From NCBI GenBank assembly GCA_001695645.1, contig LVZN01000001.1, positions 249,766 to 281,765 on the forward strand: DNA of 32,000 nt, written 5' to 3'. Numbering within the stretch: the first letter of the stretch is position 1; each line of letters begins with the position of its first letter. This DNA comes from Erysipelotrichaceae bacterium MTC7 (lineage in GTDB: Bacteria > Bacillota_I > Bacilli_A > Erysipelotrichales > Erysipelotrichaceae). Positions 1 through 7,233 of this stretch are shown in pieces. Made by a program: the position numbers and the translations under genes. The notes beneath the pieces were generated by a model that made no database searches, was not told the origin of the DNA, and worked only from the letters and a program-made list of their open reading frames with translations.

Positions 1-34
1 TGAAAGTTTTTGATACTTTTGTAATTTTAAGCAT
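1..34 (-). CDS. ABC transporter ATP-binding protein, first 11 codons only (gene runs off the window start)
   Basis: Reverse complement of 2..34 reads ATG CTT AAA ATT ACA AAA GTA TCA AAA ACT TTC = MLKITKVSKTF, a typical ABC ATPase N-terminus. The ATG sits 1 nt after the permease stop (TAA-T-ATG) and is preceded by AAGGAAGG. Too short to appear in the ORF track. Confidence 0.45.
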   Translation of the reverse strand, partial: MLKITKVSKTF

Positions 35-35
35 A

Positions 36-956
36 TTATTTACCTTCCTTCCCTGTTAATTTTTTGTATAGATTGACTTGTTTACGTTTTGTCATCATAA
101 CCGGTAATGCCAAAGATACTCCAACTAAGATTGCTGATAACAACTTAAGATCATCGGTTTGCATTCCCATTCGTAGTACGATCGCAATAATCACACGATA
201 TACAATTGATCCAACCACAATGGATGTTAAACGCAATTTAAATCCACGTTTATTTCCAAATAGGACTTCTCCAATCACGATCGAAGCTAATCCAATTACA
301 ATGGCACCAACTCCCATTTTTACATCTGCATACCCTTGTGATTGCGTGACAAGTGCTCCAGAAAAAGCAACAAGTCCATTGGCAATCATAATCGCGATGA
401 TCTTTGTAGTTTTGGTATTCACACTCAACGCACTTGCCATGCGCTCATTATTTCCTGTTGCCCGAATGGCTGATCCAATTTCGGTTCCAAAAAACCAGTA
501 TAAAACGACAATCACTAAGATGACCACTAGTACGCCTACCACCAAGCTGGCTTGGGCAGCACTTAATCCAGTTAATTCACTAATACTTTTAAAGACCGTA
601 TCACTTTGCATTAACGGTAAGTTACTTCTACCCATAATGCGTAAATTAATCGAATACAATCCAATTTGTGTAAGAATTCCAGCTAAAATTGCTGGTATCT
701 CAAATTTGGTAATTAACAATCCGGTAATAAATCCACAAATACAACCAGCAACCATCGCAAGCAACACTGCTAGTATTGGATTCATACCACCGACGATACA
801 AACCGCACAAACAGCTCCACCTGTTGCAAACGATCCATCCACTGTCATATCTGCGATATCAAGAATACGGAACGTAATGTATACACCTAAGGCCATAATC
901 CCCCAGATGATACCTTGTGCTACCGCTCCTTGCAACGATAATAATAATCCCGTCAT
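36..956 (-). CDS. ABC transporter permease (branched-chain/BPD_transp_2 type, partner of PF04392 binding proteins; KEGG-style 'putative tryptophan/tyrosine transport system permease')
   Basis: 306-aa ORF that is hydrophobic throughout with multiple predicted TM segments. It starts 11 nt downstream of the binding-protein gene and is followed by the ATPase start. Confidence 0.8.
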   Translation of the reverse strand: MTGLLLSLQGAVAQGIIWGIMALGVYITFRILDIADMTVDGSFATGGAVCAVCIVGGMNPILAVLLAMVAGCICGFITGLLITKFEIPAILAGILTQIGLYSINLRIMGRSNLPLMQSDTVFKSISELTGLSAAQASLVVGVLVVILVIVVLYWFFGTEIGSAIRATGNNERMASALSVNTKTTKIIAIMIANGLVAFSGALVTQSQGYADVKMGVGAIVIGLASIVIGEVLFGNKRGFKLRLTSIVVGSIVYRVIIAIVLRMGMQTDDLKLLSAILVGVSLALPVMMTKRKQVNLYKKLTGKEGK

Positions 957-966
957 AATCTTTCTC

Positions 967-1944
967 CTATTTCACTATTTTTGCGTTTTTTAATAATTCT
1001 TCTGGAATTGTAATTCCCAACTTTTTCGCTGTTGTTTCATTGAATCCCATTTCCAATTTGTCTTCTGCCGAGTATTCGATTGGCATATCTTTTGGCTCAG
1101 CTTCACCTCTTAAAATTTTTGCTGCTTGTTTACCTGCAAGGTAGCCAATGTCGTAGTAGTTAATTCCATATGTTGCAAGAGCCCCTTTTTCTACCATGGC
1201 AATTTCTCCTACCACTGTTGGCATGTTGTGTTCATTGGTCACACTTACAACATTGGCAATACTTTCACTAACCATGTTGTCTGTTGGCACGTAAATTGCA
1301 TCTATTTTACCGACTAAACTTTCTGCAACTTGTTGCACTTGGTTAGATTCCGAAACGGTTGCCGCTTCCACTTTCACCCCTTTTGCCTCCAATGCTTTTT
1401 TGGCAATTTCAAATTGAAGTTCACTATTACGTTCGGCATTTGTATACATAACTGCAACCGATTTTACTTCTGGTGCCAGTTTCAACAATAAATCAATTTG
1501 ATCTGCAACTGGTGTTAAATCACTAACTCCGGTAACATTTCCGCCAGGTTTTTTATTCGACTTTACTAGTTTTGAATCCTCTGGGTTGGTCACCGCCGAA
1601 ATCACAATTGGTATTTCTGAAGTTTTTTGTGCTGCGGCAATCGCACTTGGTGTTGCAATCGCATAAATTAAATCATTTCCATCGTTTACTAATTTATCAG
1701 CAATGGTTTCTGCATTACTACCTTCTCCTTGTGCATTTTGATCATCAAAGGTGATGTTTTTCCCCTCTTCAAATCCTTCATCTTTTAATGCTTCAAGAAA
1801 TCCATCATGTGCAGCATCCAATGCTGGGTGTTGTGCATACTGAATAATCCCTACTTTTTTCATCCCCTCTGTATCATCATTACAAGCCACTAAGCCTACC
1901 ATCATAAGTAAACTAATGCAAATCATCAATCCTTTTTTCATCAT
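967..1944 (-). CDS. ABC transporter substrate-binding lipoprotein (ABC_sub_bind / PF04392-like), copy 1, under a Tyr T-box
   Basis: 325 aa. Lipoprotein signal peptide MMKKGLMICISLLMMVGLVAC (lipobox LVAC). RBS GGAAGGAG. Long identical blocks shared with the paralog at 2252..3232 (VGIIQYA.HPALD, GFEEGKN, ETIADKLVND, DLIYAIATPSA, KTSEIPIV, GGNVTGVSDLTPVA, GKQAAKILRGEA, DMPIEY). Confidence 0.85.
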   Translation of the reverse strand: MMKKGLMICISLLMMVGLVACNDDTEGMKKVGIIQYAQHPALDAAHDGFLEALKDEGFEEGKNITFDDQNAQGEGSNAETIADKLVNDGNDLIYAIATPSAIAAAQKTSEIPIVISAVTNPEDSKLVKSNKKPGGNVTGVSDLTPVADQIDLLLKLAPEVKSVAVMYTNAERNSELQFEIAKKALEAKGVKVEAATVSESNQVQQVAESLVGKIDAIYVPTDNMVSESIANVVSVTNEHNMPTVVGEIAMVEKGALATYGINYYDIGYLAGKQAAKILRGEAEPKDMPIEYSAEDKLEMGFNETTAKKLGITIPEELLKNAKIVK

Positions 1945-1973
1945 AATTCTCCTTCCATCTCATATTTTAGATA

Positions 1974-2216
1974 TAAAAAAACCGTCCCCAAATGAGGACG
2001 ATTAGAAAACCGCGGTACCACCTCTGTTTTATACAAATGTATAACAACTCGAAACACGATAATGGGTGTTAACCAGAGGTAGCCTACTTATAAACCTTAT
2101 ATGTTCGGTACTCAACTCCGTGATGTATTCATTTACCTTCTTATGTGCTATTTTCACCACCATAGCATCTCTTGTTTCCAAAGGATCATTACTTGTTCAC
2201 TTCTTCGTCTATCTTG
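1974..2216 (-). promoter_or_regulatory. T-box leader, specifier UAC (Tyr), with intrinsic terminator
   Basis: Read on the minus strand. Stem I elements are AGTA, an AGAGA bulge and a distal loop GGTGGTGAAA. The specifier loop reads GAA-TAC-A (TAC = 2125..2127). The T-box motif GGTGGTACCGCGG lies at 2010..2022. The terminator is CGTCCTC-ATTT-GGGGACG followed by T7 (1974..2000). Confidence 0.85.
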
Positions 2217-2221
2217 ATTCA

Positions 2222-2250
2222 ATTGTAGTTGACTCGATAAAGCTTGTCAA
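2222..2250 (-). promoter_or_regulatory. sigma-A type promoter for the Tyr T-box leader
   Basis: Minus strand TTGACA (2245..2250), 17 nt spacer, TACAAT (2222..2227). It begins 1 nt after the stop codon of the upstream binding-protein gene. Confidence 0.7.
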
Positions 2251-2251
2251 A

Positions 2252-3232
2252 TTAATCCAAGACCGTTGCATCTTTTAGTAATGCAGCAGGAACATCAATT
2301 TTTACTTTATCAGCAACTTTTTGGTTGATGACTAGTTCTAGATCATCACCTTTCAAGTATTCAATTGGCATATCAGCAGCAACTGCTTCACCACGTAAAA
2401 TTTTTGCAGCTTGTTTTCCAGCAAGTTGACCAAGTTTGTAATAATCAATTGCATAAGATGCAAGACCACCACCTTCAGTCATTCCTTTTTCACCAACAAT
2501 GCAAGGGATTCCTTTCTCGTTGGTTACTTGTGTTACCGTTGCAATTCCTTCAGCAAGTAAGTTGTCAGTTGGAATGTAAACCGCATCGACTTGTCCGACT
2601 AAACTTTCCGCAACTTGTTGAATTTGACTAATATCAGAAACGGTTGTTTCTTGAAATGCAATTCCTTCTTTTTTAAGTGCTTCAGCTGCAATGTCTGCTT
2701 GAAACTTCGAATTGTCTTCAGAGTTTGTATACATGATTGCTACTTTTTGCACATCTGGAAGCAATTGTTTGATTAATGAAATTTGTTCCGCAACTGGTGT
2801 TAAATCACTAACCCCTGTTACATTTCCACCTGGTTCTTTGTTGCTTTTTACAATACCAGCTGTTTCTGGATCAGTTACCGCATTCACAACAATTGGAATC
2901 TCAGATGTTTTTTGCGCAACCGCTTGTGCACTTGGTGTTGCAATCGCATAGATTAAATCCGGATTGTCGTTTACCAGTTTATCAGCAATGGTTTCATTCG
3001 TTGAACTATCGCTTTGTGCGTTGTTTCGATTGATTGTTAGGTTTTTGCCTTCTTCGAATCCTTCATCTTTTAATGCATCGATAAATCCTTCATACGTTTT
3101 ATCCAACGCAGGGTGTTCTGCATATTGGATGATTCCAACCGTTGCATGTCCTTCTGCTTTTTCTTCTTCATTACATGCAGTAAGCGCAACACACATACAA
3201 AGCAGCAATGTTAATACACCAATTCTTTTCAT
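2252..3232 (-). CDS. ABC transporter substrate-binding lipoprotein (PF04392-like), copy 2, under a Phe T-box
   Basis: ORF track gives 2252..3256, with a TTG start lying just after the leader terminator. The better start is the ATG at 3232, preceded by GGGGGAAG, giving MKRIGVLTLLLCMCVALTAC (lipobox LTAC). Paralog of 967..1944. Confidence 0.85.
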   Translation of the reverse strand: MKRIGVLTLLLCMCVALTACNEEEKAEGHATVGIIQYAEHPALDKTYEGFIDALKDEGFEEGKNLTINRNNAQSDSSTNETIADKLVNDNPDLIYAIATPSAQAVAQKTSEIPIVVNAVTDPETAGIVKSNKEPGGNVTGVSDLTPVAEQISLIKQLLPDVQKVAIMYTNSEDNSKFQADIAAEALKKEGIAFQETTVSDISQIQQVAESLVGQVDAVYIPTDNLLAEGIATVTQVTNEKGIPCIVGEKGMTEGGGLASYAIDYYKLGQLAGKQAAKILRGEAVAADMPIEYLKGDDLELVINQKVADKVKIDVPAALLKDATVLD

Positions 3233-3261
3233 AAAACACTTCCCCCTATGACTCAAAAAAC

Positions 3262-3485
3262 AAAAAAAGTCCTCAAATATGAGGACGATGATTCACCGCG
3301 TTACCACCTCGTTTGTCATCTTTTGATGACCACTTTGGTACACAAGATAATGGTTGTTAACCAGCTTGCCTTTTGTGACAAGCAACTCCATGATGAATTC
3401 AAAACTCTTCTTCGTGTTATTTGCACCAACCATAACATCTCTAATTTCCAAAAAGTATCTACTACTTCACTTCTTTGTTTTATTA
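3262..3485 (-). promoter_or_regulatory. T-box leader, specifier UUC (Phe), with intrinsic terminator
   Basis: Minus strand: AGTA, AGAGA bulge, distal loop GGTTGGTGCAA. The specifier loop GAA-TTC-A (TTC = 3395..3397) aligns column-for-column with GAA-TAC-A of the other leader, in the context ATCA(C/T)GGAGTTG. T-box motif GGTGGTAACGCGG at 3296..3308. Terminator GTCCTCA-TATT-TGAGGAC followed by T7. Confidence 0.85.
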
Positions 3486-3490
3486 TATTC

Positions 3491-3519
3491 ATTTTACCGA
3501 CAATGTAAAAGTATGTCAA
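3491..3519 (-). promoter_or_regulatory. sigma-A type promoter for the Phe T-box leader
   Basis: Minus strand TTGACA (3514..3519), 17 nt spacer, TAAAAT (3491..3496). Confidence 0.65.
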
Positions 3520-3578
3520 TCATAATTGGAACTTTTTACATTAAATGAAAAATTTTTCATTTAAGCAAATTATTTTTT

Positions 3579-4463
3579 TTAAATCTGTGCAAGTATTTTT
3601 GTGAGTTGCTCCATGGATACGATGGTTTGTTTGTGATCAACTTCTGGCTCGAGTGACAACACGCCTTGATAACTTGGCTTCATCAATGTGAATAGTTCCA
3701 TATAATCGATGTCTCCGGCTACTACATTGGTGTGTAAAAATGGTTTTTGATAACTTGGATCATAGTGATAGTTTTTGATATGCACATGCCCAATGGCTTG
3801 CTGAATCAAATCGTATTCTTGATGTAAATCACATTGGAGATATGCTTGCGGTACCTTATGTTTCTCTGCACGATATGAGTTAGCAGGATCCCACAGCAAT
3901 TGTAAATGTTTATGGTTCACCTGTTGGACAACCTTAAACGTCATTTCCCCCTTCGGTAAATGTGAGTATGGGCAGTTCTCTAAAACCAACGTACGATCAT
4001 AGCTTTGGGCAATATCTGCTGCTTTACGTAGATGTTTGCTAATCTCTTTTATGTCAGCATCTGTACCTACGACAACCACATCTTCGTTATCAGGAAAACG
4101 AAAAGGAAATATGCGAACCGTTGGACACTGCAACTCTTGTGCAGCTTTACATGCGCGATGTAAGTATTGTAAATGTGTTTTGACATCACCTTCGATGGTG
4201 TAAAATGCAGGATTGAATAATGAAACTTTATAATGCGGATAAAGCGGGCACAAAAAGAACACCGTACTTGCGATATTGCATACCTGTAGTTGGTATCGTT
4301 CAACAATCTTCTTAATTTGTTGAACCTCTTCATCATTACACGCCTCAATCGTTTTACCAAAGACATTATGTAGTTCAATATACTTGTAACCATCATCACA
4401 AATAATTTGACATGCTTTTTCTAAATCCTCATGCACTTGATCTGTAATAATTGCTTTTTGCAT
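3579..4463 (-). CDS. sugar phosphate isomerase/epimerase (xylose isomerase-like TIM barrel, AP_endonuc_2 family)
   Basis: ORF 3579..4478. The likely start is the ATG at 4463 (MQKAIITDQ), preceded by GGGAGGGAG. The sequence has the general features of the TIM-barrel sugar-phosphate isomerase/epimerase family (YIELHN, VRIFPF, LVLENC, LLWDPAN). Confidence 0.7.
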   Translation of the reverse strand: MQKAIITDQVHEDLEKACQIICDDGYKYIELHNVFGKTIEACNDEEVQQIKKIVERYQLQVCNIASTVFFLCPLYPHYKVSLFNPAFYTIEGDVKTHLQYLHRACKAAQELQCPTVRIFPFRFPDNEDVVVVGTDADIKEISKHLRKAADIAQSYDRTLVLENCPYSHLPKGEMTFKVVQQVNHKHLQLLWDPANSYRAEKHKVPQAYLQCDLHQEYDLIQQAIGHVHIKNYHYDPSYQKPFLHTNVVAGDIDYMELFTLMKPSYQGVLSLEPEVDHKQTIVSMEQLTKILAQI

Positions 4464-4620
4464 AACACTCCCTCCCATTGTTATAACATTATATCACTTT
4501 ACCAAATCTTTTGTTACCCATCTTCTCTTTTCTTTTTGAAATGAAATTTATATACAGTTTTCGAATGGTAAAAGCTTAGTTTTCACAGCATATTCAAGAA
4601 CAACCAATCGCTAAGACAAT

Positions 4621-4648
4621 AAAAAAACACCAGTTTTTACACTGATGT
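4621..4648 (-). terminator. intrinsic terminator after tRNA-Asn
   Basis: Minus strand: ACATCAG-TGTAAAAA-CTGGTGT (7 bp, one G-U) followed by T7. Confidence 0.55.
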
Positions 4649-4660
4649 TTATACGCTTCA

Positions 4661-4736
4661 TGGCGCCTGAAACAGGACTTGAACCTGTGACCGTTCGGTT
4701 AACAGCCGAGTGCTCTACCAACTGAGCTATTCAGGC
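4661..4736 (-). tRNA. tRNA-Asn (anticodon GUU), CCA encoded
   Basis: Minus strand GCCTGAATAGCTCAGTTGGTAGAGCACTCGGCTGTTAACCGAACGGTCACAGGTTCAAGTCCTGTTTCAGGCGCCA. It folds as a cloverleaf with anticodon loop CT-GTT-AA. Confidence 0.92.
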
Positions 4737-4747
4737 ATTGCTTTGTT

Positions 4748-4776
4748 ATTATAGCAAAGAAAAAGTACTCTGACAA
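4748..4776 (-). promoter_or_regulatory. putative promoter of tRNA-Asn
   Basis: Minus strand TTGTCA (4771..4776), 17 nt spacer, TATAAT (4748..4753), 11 nt upstream of the mature tRNA 5' end. The -35 lies in the loop of a weak hairpin (GTACT/AGTAC) following the IMPase-family gene. Confidence 0.45.
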
Positions 4777-4803
4777 GTACCTTTTCTTAAAAAGTTCGAA
4801 AAA

Positions 4804-5589
4804 TTAATTGCGCTTAGATGCGTCTTGTAGAAAGCTAAAATTGTTGCCATTTCCCGCGATAATTCCAATGGGTTGATCGTATCTCCAAGCATCTGGTTGG
4901 ATTGGTTCAATGATACCTCCAGCCTCTTCGATAATGATACGTCCAGCCGAAAAATCCCAAGGGCTCAAAGAAGCTTCAAAGAAGCCATCAACTCGTCCAC
5001 TTGCAACATAACATAAGTCCAAAACCGCACTCCCACTTCGGCGAATATCACGACCTGCTAAAAACAATTTGCGTAATGTAGAAAATGTATAATCTACATT
5101 CTCTGCTTTTTTATAAGGTGCTGTTCCAACAACAAACAAGCTATGTGTTACATCTGCTTGATTTACCTGGATTGGATTTCCATTCAAGAAACTACCTTCA
5201 CCCTTCAAGGCATAAAACAATTCATTTAGATACGGATTATACACAACACCCATAATGCTTTTTTGTTTATAAAGCAGGGCAATGGATACACAACTTAACT
5301 TCATGTCATAATAAAAATTAGTCGTTCCGTCAATCGGATCAATCACCCATACATAGCCATCGTCATAATCCTTTACATCATTTTCTTCAGCAATTATTTT
5401 TGCCTCAGGTAAAATATAACGTAAACGTTCAATAATCATTTCTTGGGTTTTGACATCCGTGCTTGTAACTATATTACTTGCTCCATCTTTCTCGTTAATT
5501 TTAAAATCTCGTTGTTCTTTAAAATAGCGACCAGCTTCCACTGCAATCGTTTTCACTTGGTTTAACACATCTAACATAGCAACCTCCAT
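4804..5589 (-). CDS. inositol monophosphatase family protein (SuhB-like)
   Basis: 261 aa. Contains the hallmark IMPase motif WVIDPIDGTTNF and a downstream GRVDGFFE / WDFSAG region. Confidence 0.85.
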   Translation of the reverse strand: MEVAMLDVLNQVKTIAVEAGRYFKEQRDFKINEKDGASNIVTSTDVKTQEMIIERLRYILPEAKIIAEENDVKDYDDGYVWVIDPIDGTTNFYYDMKLSCVSIALLYKQKSIMGVVYNPYLNELFYALKGEGSFLNGNPIQVNQADVTHSLFVVGTAPYKKAENVDYTFSTLRKLFLAGRDIRRSGSAVLDLCYVASGRVDGFFEASLSPWDFSAGRIIIEEAGGIIEPIQPDAWRYDQPIGIIAGNGNNFSFLQDASKRN

Positions 5590-5718
5590 ACATCGTATCC
5601 TATACTATCATATTCTGTACCAATCGCCTATAACTTCATAACAAATAGTTCAAGGTTCGCGGATTTAAATACCTTAAAAAGAAGGAATAAAAATTTTCAT
5701 TTTTTATTATTTTTCATA

Positions 5719-5746
5719 TTGCATTTTATTTTCGCTATGCTATAAT
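5719..5746 (+). promoter_or_regulatory. promoter of the tRNA Leu-Cys-Leu cluster
   Basis: TTGCAT (5719..5724), 16 nt spacer, extended -10 TGcTATAAT (5738..5746), 12 nt upstream of the first tRNA. Confidence 0.6.
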
Positions 5747-5758
5747 ATAAAAGCACTT

Positions 5759-5841
5759 GCGCGTGTGGCGAAATTGGCAGACGCACCAGACTTAGGATCT
5801 GGCGGGCAACCGTGGGGGTTCGAGTCCCTTCACGCGCACCA
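5759..5841 (+). tRNA. tRNA-Leu (anticodon UAG), class II, CCA encoded
   Basis: Acceptor stem GCGCGTG/CACGCGC, anticodon stem-loop CCAGA-CT-TAG-GA-TCTGG, long variable arm, T-loop TTCGAGT. Confidence 0.9.
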
Positions 5842-5852
5842 TTTGTATTTGG

Positions 5853-5926
5853 GGTTCCTTAGCCAAGTGGTAAGGCAATAGACTGCAACTCTGTGATCAC
5901 CAGTTCAAATCTGGTAGGAACCTCCA
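5853..5926 (+). tRNA. tRNA-Cys (anticodon GCA), CCA encoded
   Basis: Acceptor stem GGTTCCT/AGGAACC, anticodon loop CT-GCA-AC, T-loop TTCAAAT. Confidence 0.9.
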
Positions 5927-5961
5927 TTTTTGAAATTGTGATAAAGTGTGCAATAAAATAT

Positions 5962-6048
5962 CGGGCCGTGGCGGAATAGGCAGACGCAACGGACTTAAAA
6001 TCCGTTGAGGGCAACCTCGTGGGGGTTCAAGTCCCCCCGGCCCGACCA
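5962..6048 (+). tRNA. tRNA-Leu (anticodon UAA), class II, CCA encoded
   Basis: Acceptor stem CGGGCCG/CGGCCCG (C1-G72), anticodon stem-loop ACGGA-CT-TAA-AA-TCCGT, variable arm GAGGGCAACCTC, T arm GGGGG-TTCAAGT-CCCCC. Confidence 0.9.
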
Positions 6049-6087
6049 TTTTTCAAAAAAATGGCAAAAAGCCTATAAATACAAACG

Positions 6088-6117
6088 AAACCTAGACATT
6101 GCTGTCTAGGTTTTTTT
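6088..6117 (+). terminator. intrinsic terminator after the tRNA cluster (possibly bidirectional, also serving map)
   Basis: AACCTAGACA-TTGC-TGTCTAGGTT followed by T7. Confidence 0.8.
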
Positions 6118-6164
6118 CTATACTTTTTGTTCAAAAGGATAAAACAGACTATTTTCTAATCCAT

Positions 6165-6980
6165 TTAATAAGTAATAATTTCACATCCATCATCGGTTAC
6201 AAGCACAGTGTTCTCCCATTGTGCAGAAGGTTTTTGATCGCATGTGTAGATGGTCCATCCATTATCCGCATCTTGAAAGATATCAGGACCTCCTGCATTT
6301 AGCATTGGTTCAATGGTAAAAACCATGCCCGGTGCCAGTAACATTCCCGTATCTTTTTTGGTTGTGAAGCCAACCCATGGTTCTTCATGAAATTCAAGGC
6401 CAACACCATGACCACCAATTTCTCTAACCACTGTATACCCATGCTTACTCGCATACGCATTCACCGCTGCACCTACATTTCCTAAGCGTGTCCACGGTTT
6501 AACTTGTCGAATTCCTTCCATCATCGCTTCCCTTGTGACATCAACTAAGCGTTGCTTATCTTTTGGAACTTCGCCAACGCCATACATGCGTGAAGAATCT
6601 GAAAAATATCCATTGTAGATGGTCGAAACATCGATATTGACAATATCGCCTTCCATCAAAATTTCTTTGCTCGAAGGAATTCCATGACATACTTGATCAT
6701 CAATGGAGATACAGCAACTTTTAGGAAACCCTTCATAATTTAAAGGTGCTGGTGTTGCTCCTAACTCGATTGTTTTTTCGTGAATAAGCGTATCTACAAA
6801 TGCTGTTGTCACTCCCGGCTTTACAAAATCTTCGATGTAGTCTAATAATGCAATATTAATTGCACTACTTTGTTTAATACCTTCGATTTGTTCGGGTGTT
6901 TTTATCAAATCCATACTTGGCACTTCATAACCAAGACTTTTGTATTCATCTAACTTCGCTTTTATTTCATCTCTATTCAT
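6165..6980 (-). CDS. map: type I methionine aminopeptidase
   Basis: 271 aa. MetAP-I family features include VCHGIP, DIVNIDV, the metal-ligand context GHGVG..FHE, and FTIEP. It carries a short N-terminal extension. Confidence 0.9.
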   Translation of the reverse strand: MNRDEIKAKLDEYKSLGYEVPSMDLIKTPEQIEGIKQSSAINIALLDYIEDFVKPGVTTAFVDTLIHEKTIELGATPAPLNYEGFPKSCCISIDDQVCHGIPSSKEILMEGDIVNIDVSTIYNGYFSDSSRMYGVGEVPKDKQRLVDVTREAMMEGIRQVKPWTRLGNVGAAVNAYASKHGYTVVREIGGHGVGLEFHEEPWVGFTTKKDTGMLLAPGMVFTIEPMLNAGGPDIFQDADNGWTIYTCDQKPSAQWENTVLVTDDGCEIITY

Positions 6981-7098
6981 TTGTTATTCCTCCAAATACA
7001 TATTTTAATATATTATACGACTTTTTATTATAAAACACACGTTTCAACATACTACAAGACTTTACTTAGATTTGCTTACTTTTTGATTTTGTGCATAA

Positions 7099-7146
7099 CG
7101 AAAAACCCTCTGATGTAAGTTTAGACTTAATTACAACGAGGGTTTC
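7099..7146 (-). terminator. probable terminator downstream of the 1846-aa GH92 gene
   Basis: Minus strand AAACCCTC, a 27-nt loop with an inner GTAA/TTAC pairing, then GAGGGTTT running into TTTTT. Confidence 0.45.
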
Positions 7147-7233
7147 TACATTTTTCTTAAGTTCTCGTGATGAGACCTAATTTCTAGAATCTAGCTTATG
7201 CATTTTTTGATTGTTGATACATTTATATAAATT

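Noticed and set aside
64-993. 309-aa plus-strand ORF covering the whole permease gene; there are similar long antisense ORFs at 7211..7552, 13401..14366, 29201..30262 and elsewhere.
   Set aside because: These are shadow ORFs opposite well-supported minus-strand genes. Their translations are low-complexity, they have no RBS, and they resemble no protein family.
2066-3548. Short ORFs 2066..2278, 3248..3508, 3316..3519 and 3354..3548 in the spaces between the binding-protein genes.
   Set aside because: They lie inside the two T-box leaders and promoters, whose RNA structure explains the sequence. None has an RBS.
4067-4399. 110-aa same-strand ORF overlapping the TIM-barrel gene in another frame.
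   Set aside because: It is embedded out of frame in a family-recognisable CDS, with a basic low-complexity translation and no RBS.
4600-7233. Possibility that the tRNA genes mark an integration site of a mobile island carrying the GH92/PTS locus.
   Set aside because: No integrase, recombinase or transposase is present. No direct repeat of a tRNA 3' end was noticed at the far side (~22.9 kb), and map lies between the tRNAs and the locus. Accessory status remains only a hypothesis to test by synteny.
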